A stretch of 64,000 bases of DNA from Parcubacteria bacterium C7867-008 (lineage in GTDB: Bacteria; Patescibacteriota; Minisyncoccia; Phycocordibacterales; Phycocordibacteraceae): the NCBI GenBank assembly GCA_001189215.1, contig LFCR01000004.1:249635-313634 (forward strand), given 5' to 3'. Under the pieces are notes generated by a model. The model searched no databases and had not been told where the DNA came from. It saw only the letters and a list, made by a program, of their open reading frames with translations. Positions within the stretch are counted from its first letter, which is position 1, and the number at the start of each line of letters is the position of its first letter. Below, one piece after another: positions 9,058-17,301 of this stretch. The translations under genes and the position numbers were made by a program.

Positions 9058-12000
9058 TTACGCATCTACGTCACGCACGTTCTCGATTGGCTCAATGTCG
9101 AGCGCGAGACCGCGGATCTGGTTAGTAAGTACGGAGAATGATGCAGGAGTTCCCGCATGGCTCACCGGTTCGCCCTTCACGATTGCATCGAAGGTCGCAG
9201 AGCGTCCCTGGATATCGTCAGACTTGATAGTGAGCATCTCGCGGAGAGTGTATGCCGATCCGTATCCAAGAAGTGCCCACACTTCCATTTCTCCGAAGCG
9301 CTGACCACCGTTCTGTGCCTTACCTCCAAGCGGCTGCTGGGTGATGAGGCTGTACGGGCCAATAGAGCGCATGTGGATCTTGTCTTCCACCATGTGATGG
9401 AGTTTCAAGATGTACATGTATCCAACAGAGATCGCCTGTGCGAATGCTTCACCAGAGCGTCCATCAAAGAGACGGAGCTTACCGGTCTTATCGAAGCCAG
9501 CCTTTACGAGCTCATCACGGATTTCATCTGCGCTTGCTCCAGCGAATGGAGGCACAACAGCCTGGTATCCGAGAGAGTTTGCAGCGAGTCCGAGGTGGAG
9601 CTCAAGAATCTGTCCGAGGTTCATACGTGATGGCACACCGAGTGGAGTGAGGATCACATCGATCGGATTACCGAGCTCATCGTATGGCATGTCCTCTACC
9701 GGAAGCACGCGGGAGATAACACCTTTGTTTCCGTGACGACCTGCGAGCTTATCGCCCACTGATACGTTACGAACCTGAGCGACGGTGACGACAATCTTCT
9801 TGATGATGCCACTCTCGAGTTGGTCACCTCGTTCACGGCTGAATACTTTCACGCCGATAACACGACCACGCTTTCCTCCTTCCATACGAAGTGAGGTGTC
9901 CTTAACGTCTTTCGCCTTGTCTCCGAAGATTGAGCGAAGGAGACGCTCTTCAGGAGTGAGCTGTGTTTCTCCCTTAGGAGTCACCTTGCCCACAAGGATG
10001 TCACCAGGACGTACTTCAGCACCGATACGGATAACACCTTCCTCATCGAGGTTCTTAAGACGCATCTCACCCACGTTAGGAATGTCATGCGTTGTTACTT
10101 CCGGACCAAGCTTGGTATCACGTACCGCTGCTTCGAAATCTTCGATGTGTACGGTGGTGAACTTAGAGTTCTGAACGAGACGCTCAGATACGATGATCGC
10201 GTCTTCGTAGTTAGCGCCGTTCCAGCTCATGAACGCAACACGTACGTTCTGACCGAGTGCCATCTGACCCTGATCAGAGCTTGAAGCATCTGCGAGCACA
10301 TCACCCTTCTTTACCTTGTCGCCAAGGAGAACGGATGGACGCTGGCTGAATGCTGAGTTCTGGTTAGTCTGGGTGAGTCCCTGGAGCTTGTACTCCTTCT
10401 TCTTCCCTTCCTTGTTGGTAACGGTTACGTGACGAGCGTCTACGTACGTTACTTCACCTGCTTCCTGTGCAAGCACAAGACGGCCAGTGTTACGCGCTGC
10501 ATGACCCTCGATGCCCGTAGACACGAGTGGTGCTTCTGGGATAAGAACCGGTGTTGCTTGCTTCTGCATGTTTGAACCCATGAGTGCACGGTTCGCGTCG
10601 TCGTGATCCACGAATGGAATCATCGCGGTCGCTGCAGAGAACATTTGGTAGGTTGAGGCGTCAATGAGTTCAATCTCACTGCGCTCAACGATAGCTGGTT
10701 CACCATTCTTACGAGCCTCGATAGAATCAGGAACAATACGTCCCTTGTCATCGATAGGGGTAGCAGCGTGTGCGATAACCTGCTCCTCTTCTTCAAGAGC
10801 GTTGAGGTACACCACCTCTTCCGTTACGACACCGTTCTTCACCTTTACGTACGGTGTTTCAATAACACCAAACTCGTTGGTTCGTGCATGAAGCGCGAGA
10901 CGAAGGATAAGGCCGATGTTCTGACCTTCCGGTGTGTGGATTGGGCAGAGACGACCGTAGTGTGATGGATGCACGTCACGCACTTCGAAGCCGGCACGCT
11001 CACGAGTGAGACCACCTGGACCAAGTGCTGAGAGCGTTCGCATGTTCTCGAGCTCAGCAAGAATATTCTGCTGGTCCATGAACTGTGAAAGCTGGTTAGC
11101 GGTGAAGAATTCACGAACCGATGCTTGAAGTGGACGAGGATTAACAAACGCCATCGGAAGAGTCGTTTCAGACTCAATGGTGCTCATACGATCCTGAATG
11201 TTGCGCTTCATGCGGCTCATACCAACACGCATACGTGCCTGGAGAAGTTCACCGACGAAACGAACACGACGGAAGCCGAGGTGATCAATATCATCAGGCT
11301 GTGCGTCTGGCGTTACGTTGAGGCGTGCGATCTCTGCAGTGATGCGAGTGAGGTCATCAAGGGTAAGGGCGCGCTGATCAAGAGACTTCTTGTCAGTTGG
11401 AAGACCGAAGCGTGCATTGAGGCGATGACGACCAACCTTTGAAAGGTCGTAGCGCTCAGGAGCGAAGAGGGTGTTTACGTACTGCTTCGCGTTATCTGGT
11501 GTAGCGAGGTCTCCATCGCGCATACGACGGTGAATCTCAACGTAGGCATCATCAACGGTCTTAGCGGTATCGTGTGCGATGGTTGCGCTAATTGCAGCGA
11601 GTGCAATAGGATCCTTCGCAAAGATGCCCATGATGTCCTCCTTGGTTCCTGCACCAAAGATGGTGAGAAGGTTGGTCATTGGGAAACGACGCTTGCGGTC
11701 GATCTTGACGAAGATCGCACCATCAACATCGGTTTCAATCTCAATCCAGACACCACGTGCTGGAAGGATTTTCGCACCGAAGTACGACTTACCCTTTACT
11801 TCCTCTGAAGCGAAAAAAGCACCGAATGAACGAGCGAGCTGGGGAACGATTGCACGCTCAACACCAGATACGATAAAGGACCCGTGTGGGGTCATCATTG
11901 GAATATCTGCAAGGAAGATGTCCTGAGTCTTCTCAGAACCAAATGTCTTGTTGACGAGAGTAACAGTTGCCTTAAGAGGTGCTTCGTATGTGCGCATGTT

Positions 12001-12240
12001 CTCACGCGCAGATTCCTCATCACCCTTTGGCTCACCTACTTCGAAACCATCGAAGCGGAGTTCAAACTTCTTATTTGAATAATCGCTAATCGGAGAGAAC
12101 TCATTGAACAGCTCCTTGAGACCATCGCGGAGGAACCATTCAAATGATTCGCGCTGATGACCCACAAGATCCGGGAACTCAACGCGTGGCGCGCGGTACG
12201 CGCCGAACGTTTTCTGAACGAGCGTTTTTGCCTTCGGCAT
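9058..12240 (-). CDS. rpoB: DNA-directed RNA polymerase beta subunit
   Basis: 1060 aa with conserved beta motifs (GEMEVWALLGYGSAY, NIGLI, rifampicin-cluster region). Directly upstream of rpoC. Confidence 0.97.
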   Translation of the reverse strand: MPKAKTLVQKTFGAYRAPRVEFPDLVGHQRESFEWFLRDGLKELFNEFSPISDYSNKKFELRFDGFEVGEPKGDEESARENMRTYEAPLKATVTLVNKTFGSEKTQDIFLADIPMMTPHGSFIVSGVERAIVPQLARSFGAFFASEEVKGKSYFGAKILPARGVWIEIETDVDGAIFVKIDRKRRFPMTNLLTIFGAGTKEDIMGIFAKDPIALAAISATIAHDTAKTVDDAYVEIHRRMRDGDLATPDNAKQYVNTLFAPERYDLSKVGRHRLNARFGLPTDKKSLDQRALTLDDLTRITAEIARLNVTPDAQPDDIDHLGFRRVRFVGELLQARMRVGMSRMKRNIQDRMSTIESETTLPMAFVNPRPLQASVREFFTANQLSQFMDQQNILAELENMRTLSALGPGGLTRERAGFEVRDVHPSHYGRLCPIHTPEGQNIGLILRLALHARTNEFGVIETPYVKVKNGVVTEEVVYLNALEEEEQVIAHAATPIDDKGRIVPDSIEARKNGEPAIVERSEIELIDASTYQMFSAATAMIPFVDHDDANRALMGSNMQKQATPVLIPEAPLVSTGIEGHAARNTGRLVLAQEAGEVTYVDARHVTVTNKEGKKKEYKLQGLTQTNQNSAFSQRPSVLLGDKVKKGDVLADASSSDQGQMALGQNVRVAFMSWNGANYEDAIIVSERLVQNSKFTTVHIEDFEAAVRDTKLGPEVTTHDIPNVGEMRLKNLDEEGVIRIGAEVRPGDILVGKVTPKGETQLTPEERLLRSIFGDKAKDVKDTSLRMEGGKRGRVIGVKVFSRERGDQLESGIIKKIVVTVAQVRNVSVGDKLAGRHGNKGVISRVLPVEDMPYDELGNPIDVILTPLGVPSRMNLGQILELHLGLAANSLGYQAVVPPFAGASADEIRDELVKAGFDKTGKLRLFDGRSGEAFAQAISVGYMYILKLHHMVEDKIHMRSIGPYSLITQQPLGGKAQNGGQRFGEMEVWALLGYGSAYTLREMLTIKSDDIQGRSATFDAIVKGEPVSHAGTPASFSVLTNQIRGLALDIEPIENVRDVDA

Positions 12241-12528
12241 AGGGTACGTGAAAGTGAAGTACGGAAACGCGAAATGGGCTCATATACGCATGAGCCGCGT
12301 CCCTCGTTTTCCGAGACGCTTAATAAATCGATTCTTTATACTGAGAAGCCCTTCTCCCGCCAGAGTGCCTGCCACCACTCAATCCGTTCTGGTTAAAGAT
12401 AGTATAAGTGGGGTCTGGGAGGTCGTCAAGTGAGTATTGAGTGAAATAGGGATACATAAGAAAAGGCGGGCTCACGTGTTCGTGATACCCGCCCTGCTTC
12501 TTTGTATTCCCACCATCAATCCTTGTGT

Positions 12529-12900
12529 CTAGAGATTCGGACGAAATCTGCCCTCGTCATAGGGCCAGCCCTGGCGAACCACGAATCCCGAGTCCTCCAC
12601 GTAGGGCATCATTTCCGGCTCCTCGTTTCTGCGAAAGGCCAAGAAGAAGAAAGTTAGGGACGATCCAAGAAGGTAGCCCGTCAGCATGGCCACAGCCACG
12701 CAGATGAGTTGGCTTCCGTCCCAGTAGGCTGGTTCATTGATCGAGTCCGCGTGACGTGCGACCGAACCAGCTGAGAGGTAGGCGAGTATGGCCAAAGCCA
12801 GCTTCACGAAGTGATGTCGTAGGGACCGAAGTCCCCCTCCACCAAACACCACGACCACAGTGATCGCAGTGATAATCAGGAACGCTGTCGTTGCTATCAT
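12529..12900 (-). CDS. Hypothetical membrane protein (123 aa)
   Basis: Three predicted hydrophobic helices; no recognisable motif. Confidence 0.4.
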   Translation of the reverse strand: MIATTAFLIITAITVVVVFGGGGLRSLRHHFVKLALAILAYLSAGSVARHADSINEPAYWDGSQLICVAVAMLTGYLLGSSLTFFFLAFRRNEEPEMMPYVEDSGFVVRQGWPYDEGRFRPNL

Positions 12901-13028
12901 CTCAATCCCCCAACGGAGTAGTTGATGAATGTTGCAAAAGCACTTGGGAGAAGCCCAAGCACCGGACTAGTAGCTGAAAACAAATATACCCTGTTTAGGG
13001 GTACTTGTCAATAGTATGAATATGTGTC

Positions 13029-13709
13029 CTATTTAGGACCCTTCTTTGCTACCTTCCATTCGTCTATCTTGGCTCGATGCCCAGAAAGAAGTATGGGAGG
13101 AACCTTGTACTTCTTCCCTTCATGATCAATTACTTCTGGGCGTGTGTATACGGCATTAGATGCAACACGCCGTTCCTCTACAGATTCATCCTTTCCAAGT
13201 ACCCCTGGAATGCGGCGAGTAACAGCATCTACTATTGCCATGGCGGGAACTTCACCTCCGGTAAGGGTCGCCTCCCCTACGGAGTAGGTAAGAAACTTAG
13301 AACCCGTCTTCCCTTTTAGAAAGGCTTTAAGCATGGAGACTGCACGATCATCAATACCCTCATAGCGTCCGCATACAAGGACGACATCATCAAACTTGAT
13401 GAGCGCATCTGCTTCTTTGTTGGTGAATGCTTTTGCACCAGGAACAAACCAAATTATCGCTGTCTTTCCATTACGGCGTGTGAGAGCTTTCTTAACTGCC
13501 TTCACCACTGGAAGTGCTGTCATAACCATGCCGGGACCACCACCATATGGCCGCTCGTCTACCTTGCCCCATTTATTAGAGACGTAGGTACGAGGACTCT
13601 GATAATCCACTTTAATCTTCTTTGCTTCACGGGCGCGACCAAGGATAGACGCATTAAGATATGCGTCACAGACTTCTGGAAAAAGAGTTATGAGATGGAA
13701 GCGTAGCAT
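13029..13709 (-). CDS. trmD: tRNA (guanine37-N1)-methyltransferase TrmD
   Basis: MLRFHLITLFPE...ERPYGGGPGMVM...GRYEGIDDR, typical SPOUT TrmD motifs. Confidence 0.9.
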   Translation of the reverse strand: MLRFHLITLFPEVCDAYLNASILGRAREAKKIKVDYQSPRTYVSNKWGKVDERPYGGGPGMVMTALPVVKAVKKALTRRNGKTAIIWFVPGAKAFTNKEADALIKFDDVVLVCGRYEGIDDRAVSMLKAFLKGKTGSKFLTYSVGEATLTGGEVPAMAIVDAVTRRIPGVLGKDESVEERRVASNAVYTRPEVIDHEGKKYKVPPILLSGHRAKIDEWKVAKKGPK

Positions 13710-13715
13710 CGAGAG

Positions 13716-14021
13716 CTAGACGCCCAGATCACTGATCACGTCATCGAGAGGACGATCCTCACCGAATCGCTTACCGCCTGCTGGCTCGTTTATCTTCATG
13801 TTCACACGAGCGTTGTGCTTCATACCCACAACACGAAGGAGGGTACGGAGGGCCTTTGCGATGTTTCCATCACGACCAATGATCTTGCCCATATCGTCTG
13901 GAGAAACGGTAAGAGTAAGGAGTACACCCATCTCATCAACAGTGCGTGTTACGACTACCGCGTCTTGGTTGTCGACGAGCGCTTTAACTACGTATTCTAG
14001 AAATGCTTGATCTGTGTCCAT
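13716..14021 (-). CDS. KH-domain RNA-binding protein (YlqC/UPF0109-like)
   Basis: GKIIGRDGNIAKALRTLL KH GXXG-type motif, about 100 aa, located between rpsP and trmD where rimM would normally sit. Confidence 0.75.
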   Translation of the reverse strand: MDTDQAFLEYVVKALVDNQDAVVVTRTVDEMGVLLTLTVSPDDMGKIIGRDGNIAKALRTLLRVVGMKHNARVNMKINEPAGGKRFGEDRPLDDVISDLGV

Positions 14022-14103
14022 AGAGTTTCAGAGTTACGGGATATCGGTTCAGGATTGCACGAAGGGAACGAAAATAAGATGAAGGCGCCAAAGCGCACTT
14101 CCC

Positions 14104-14574
14104 TTATGCAGCTGGCTCTTCAGCAGGAGTCTCCTCTGCTGCAGCTTCTGTAGGTGCTTCTTCAACAGCTGCCTCTTCTACTGGAGCTTCCTCAACAGTA
14201 GCGACTTCTTCAGGAGTTACCTCAACTACCTCTTCAGCAGCAGGTGCTTCAGCAACAGGTGCTGGAGCAGGAGCTGCTACTTCAACAGGAGCTGGTGCTG
14301 GGAAGGTCTTCTTAGGAAGAACATTGATCTTCTTTCCTTCGAATACACCCTTAGCGATAAGGAGGTTCATAAGTGAAGGAGAAACCTGTGCACCCTTAGC
14401 AACCCAATCCTTAATACGCTCAGGCTGTAGGGTTACAGCCTTAGTCTTAGGGTTATAGGTACCAACGAGGTCCACATACTTGCCTGCCTTAGGGCCAGAC
14501 GCCTTCTCGAGCACGAGCATACGAAAAGCCGGGTCATTCTTTCGGCCAATGCGCTGGAAACGGATCATCAACAT
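14104..14574 (-). CDS. rpsP: 30S ribosomal protein S16 with Ala/Pro/Glu-rich C-terminal tail (ORF extends to 14613)
   Basis: MLMIRFQRIGRKNDPAFRMLV...YNPKT matches bS16. About 75 extra C-terminal residues are low-complexity (PAPAPVEVAAPAPAPVAEAPAAEE...). Confidence 0.88.
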   Translation of the reverse strand: MLMIRFQRIGRKNDPAFRMLVLEKASGPKAGKYVDLVGTYNPKTKAVTLQPERIKDWVAKGAQVSPSLMNLLIAKGVFEGKKINVLPKKTFPAPAPVEVAAPAPAPVAEAPAAEEVVEVTPEEVATVEEAPVEEAAVEEAPTEAAAEETPAEEPAA

Positions 14575-14647
14575 AGTGAGGCCAACAATACCAGATGGGG
14601 CCGGTAGAGTCAAAGCGGGAGAGGCTGAAATAAAAAAGGGGGGTGGC

Positions 14648-14740
14648 TGTCCGGACAGCCACCCCCAAGTCTTCAGGTGTGTATCGCTGCGTTTGGGGTT
14701 GCCGGATTGGGCGGGGTGGCCGTCCGGCGATAGTCACGCA
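14648..14740. promoter_or_regulatory. Two GC-rich hairpins in the rpsP/rnr divergent intergenic region
   Basis: gggggtggctgtccggacagccaccccc (14-bp perfect stem) and gccggattgggcggggtggccgtccggc. On the minus strand the first is followed by TTTTTTATTT, directly upstream of rpsP. Confidence 0.4.
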
Positions 14741-14812
14741 GGTCAACACAAGAAGTATAGCGGATACCTATAAATGTAAAATGAAGCACAATCTGCTACA
14801 GTGCTTCTATCT

Positions 14813-16801
14813 ATGGCAATTGCACAAGGTTCTATATTCGAAGGACCAATCACCGTTATTCGATCAGGTAAAGGATTCTTTAAGATTCCTGACTCCGAAG
14901 AGGAGCTCTTTGTACCAGGTGAAAACCTTGGCACCGCTTTTCCGGGAGACACCGTAAAGATCCAGGTATCTGGAACTAACACCGATCCTAAGTCTGCTGA
15001 GATTCGTTCCACCGGCAATGTACTCAGCGTTGTTAAGCGTGCACGTGAGACCTTTGTGGGGACTATCGTTCCTTCAGACCCGGCGAATGATTTCGGTCTT
15101 CCGGGACAATTCTTCCTGATGCCAGACTTTAAGAAGATGTATACGCCATTCCTTATGGTGGGAGACTCTATGCCGGTTGGCCAGAAGGTAGTTGCACGGT
15201 TTGAAGCATGGGAGAAAGGCCAGCTACGTCCTAGCGCTTCACTCGTTGAGATCATTGGTCCAGCGGGGGTACATGAGACAGAAATGCGTGCACTCGCTCT
15301 GTCACAAGGATTCAGTTCTAACTTCCCTCCTGGCGTAGAGAAAGAAGCAGCTGAACTTGATACTAGCGGTAAAGATCAACTTGCCACTGAAGTTGAGGCT
15401 GCGGTTACTTCTGGCGCACGTCGCGATTTCCGTACTACAACGACATTTACGATCGACCCGTACGACGCGAAGGACTTCGACGATGCTCTTTCAGTTCGTG
15501 AACTTACTGATGGAAATACGGAGATTGGTGTACACATTGCGGATGTATCCTTCTATGTTCGCCCTGGTACTGCTATCGACGATGAGGCACGTGAGCGCGC
15601 AACGTCTGTGTACCTTGTAGATCGGACCATCCCAATGCTTCCAGAGGTACTTTCAAATAATCTCTGTTCCCTTAATCCGAACGAAGATCGTCTCGCGGTA
15701 TCTGCCGTGTTCGTGCTTAATAAGAACGCAGAGATTGTTGAGGAATGGTTTGGTGAAACAGTGATCCATTCAGACAAACGCTTCACATACGAGAACGCAC
15801 AGGAAGTTCTCGACAATAATGAGGGTGAATACCTAAAGGAACTTGTTACCCTTCGTGATCTTGCAGATAAGATCCGTGCTCGTCGTGTTGCAAAGGGTGC
15901 TATCGCATTTGATACCCCAGAGATCAAGGTAAAGCTTGATGAGAACGGTAAGCCTATTGAAGTACTTCTTAAAGAGCGTCGTGCAACAAACCTCCTCATT
16001 GAAGACTTCATGCTCCTTGCAAACGAGCATGTGTCTGAATACCTCACCAAGAAAGGTGAAGCTGCTGGTCTTGAAGGCAGTGTTGTCTATCGTGTACACG
16101 ATGTACCGGATGCTGATCGTATTGAGAACCTTACGCAGTTCCTCAAAGTACTTGGGTACCACCTCGAATCTCAGAACGGAAAGGTTAAGGGTGCCGCTAT
16201 CAATGCGCTCCTTGATAGTGTGGTTGGAAAGCCTGAGGAGTATCTCATCAAAGTCTCTGCACTTCGTTCAATGGCGAAAGCGATATACAGCACTAAGAAT
16301 ATTGGACACTTCGGTCTCGCCTTTGAGTTCTACTCACACTTCACCTCCCCTATTCGCCGGTATCCAGACCTTCTCACCCACCGCATGGTTAAGCACTATG
16401 CAGAGCGTGAAAAGATCACCAAGACTGAAATTGCAGAACTCGAAGGTCTTGCACAACACTCAAGCGAACGAGAGGTATCAGCAGCTGAAGCAGAGCGTGA
16501 CTCTGTAAAGATGAAGCTGGTTGAATTCATGGCCGATAAGGTTGGTGAAGAATTTGATGCAGTGATCTCAGGTGTATCTGATCGCGGTCTATACGTAGAG
16601 CTTACAGAGACTCATGCAGAAGGACTCCTAAATGTGCGCGGCCTCGGTGATGATTACTTTGATCATGATCAGAAGCGGTACCGTCTTGTTGGTCGTCGTA
16701 CTAAGAAAGAATACGTTCTTGGTAATCCGATTCGTGTGAAGCTCATTGCCGCTCGTGTGCAGGATAAGGAACTGGATTTTGCACTTGCTGAGAATAATTA
16801 A
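14813..16801 (+). CDS. rnr: RNase R / RNase II-family 3'-5' exoribonuclease (ORF opens at a GTG at 14801)
   Basis: RNB domain motifs (FTIDPYDAKDFDDALS; HFGLAFEFYSHFTSPIRRYPDLLTHR) and a C-terminal S1 domain. Confidence 0.88.
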   Translation: MAIAQGSIFEGPITVIRSGKGFFKIPDSEEELFVPGENLGTAFPGDTVKIQVSGTNTDPKSAEIRSTGNVLSVVKRARETFVGTIVPSDPANDFGLPGQFFLMPDFKKMYTPFLMVGDSMPVGQKVVARFEAWEKGQLRPSASLVEIIGPAGVHETEMRALALSQGFSSNFPPGVEKEAAELDTSGKDQLATEVEAAVTSGARRDFRTTTTFTIDPYDAKDFDDALSVRELTDGNTEIGVHIADVSFYVRPGTAIDDEARERATSVYLVDRTIPMLPEVLSNNLCSLNPNEDRLAVSAVFVLNKNAEIVEEWFGETVIHSDKRFTYENAQEVLDNNEGEYLKELVTLRDLADKIRARRVAKGAIAFDTPEIKVKLDENGKPIEVLLKERRATNLLIEDFMLLANEHVSEYLTKKGEAAGLEGSVVYRVHDVPDADRIENLTQFLKVLGYHLESQNGKVKGAAINALLDSVVGKPEEYLIKVSALRSMAKAIYSTKNIGHFGLAFEFYSHFTSPIRRYPDLLTHRMVKHYAEREKITKTEIAELEGLAQHSSEREVSAAEAERDSVKMKLVEFMADKVGEEFDAVISGVSDRGLYVELTETHAEGLLNVRGLGDDYFDHDQKRYRLVGRRTKKEYVLGNPIRVKLIAARVQDKELDFALAENN

Positions 16802-16805
16802 ATGC

Positions 16806-16842
16806 GAAACCCCCTTACTTAAAAGGGGGTTTTTCGTTTAAT
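16806..16842 (+). terminator. Rho-independent terminator after rnr
   Basis: aaacccccttacttaaaagggggtttttcgttt. Confidence 0.8.
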
Positions 16843-16986
16843 TCTCAACTTAATTAAACGCAATGCAGACCGGATTGTCTGGATAGATTTGCGGACACCT
16901 TCAGATAGTAATCTCCGAATGTTCTGTACTAGAGCAGTGATTCCATTGCGATCATTTCATATGGTCAGCGAAGGCGCGGAGTGTAG

Positions 16987-17202
16987 TTAGGTAGACTTAG
17001 GCGAATACCAGGTCCGTCTCCGATAGATATGCGGTTTTCGAAACTGGGATTGTATTTTCCTAGACTCACTCTTGTGTGCCACAGCTAGGTGGTACCACAA
17101 GCGTGTAGACCAGTCTTTATCATCCTTGTCTTTGAGTGGATCAACCTTCAAAGTCGTCCATTCGCAGAAACGGCACTTAACTCGTTCGTCGCTGTTTTGC
17201 AT
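16987..17202 (-). CDS. Small hypothetical protein with C2H2/zinc-ribbon-like pattern (71 aa)
   Basis: KCRFCEW...HLAVAH (CxxC...HxxxH). AGAGAGGA RBS 6 nt upstream of the ATG. It sits in an AT-richer 460-bp intergenic island. Confidence 0.4.
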   Translation of the reverse strand: MQNSDERVKCRFCEWTTLKVDPLKDKDDKDWSTRLWYHLAVAHKSESRKIQSQFRKPHIYRRRTWYSPKST

Positions 17203-17301
17203 TGCATATCCTCTCTGATGTCAGAATGGAGTGATGCCTGCTAACCACGAGTAGATCTATTTTCCTTTTGGAATATACGCTTTAATGTATAAAAGTCAAA
17301 T

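Noticed and set aside
5400-12000. Numerous 60-220 aa ORFs inside rpoB/rpoC on either strand
   Set aside because: Nested or antisense frames within confidently identified large genes.
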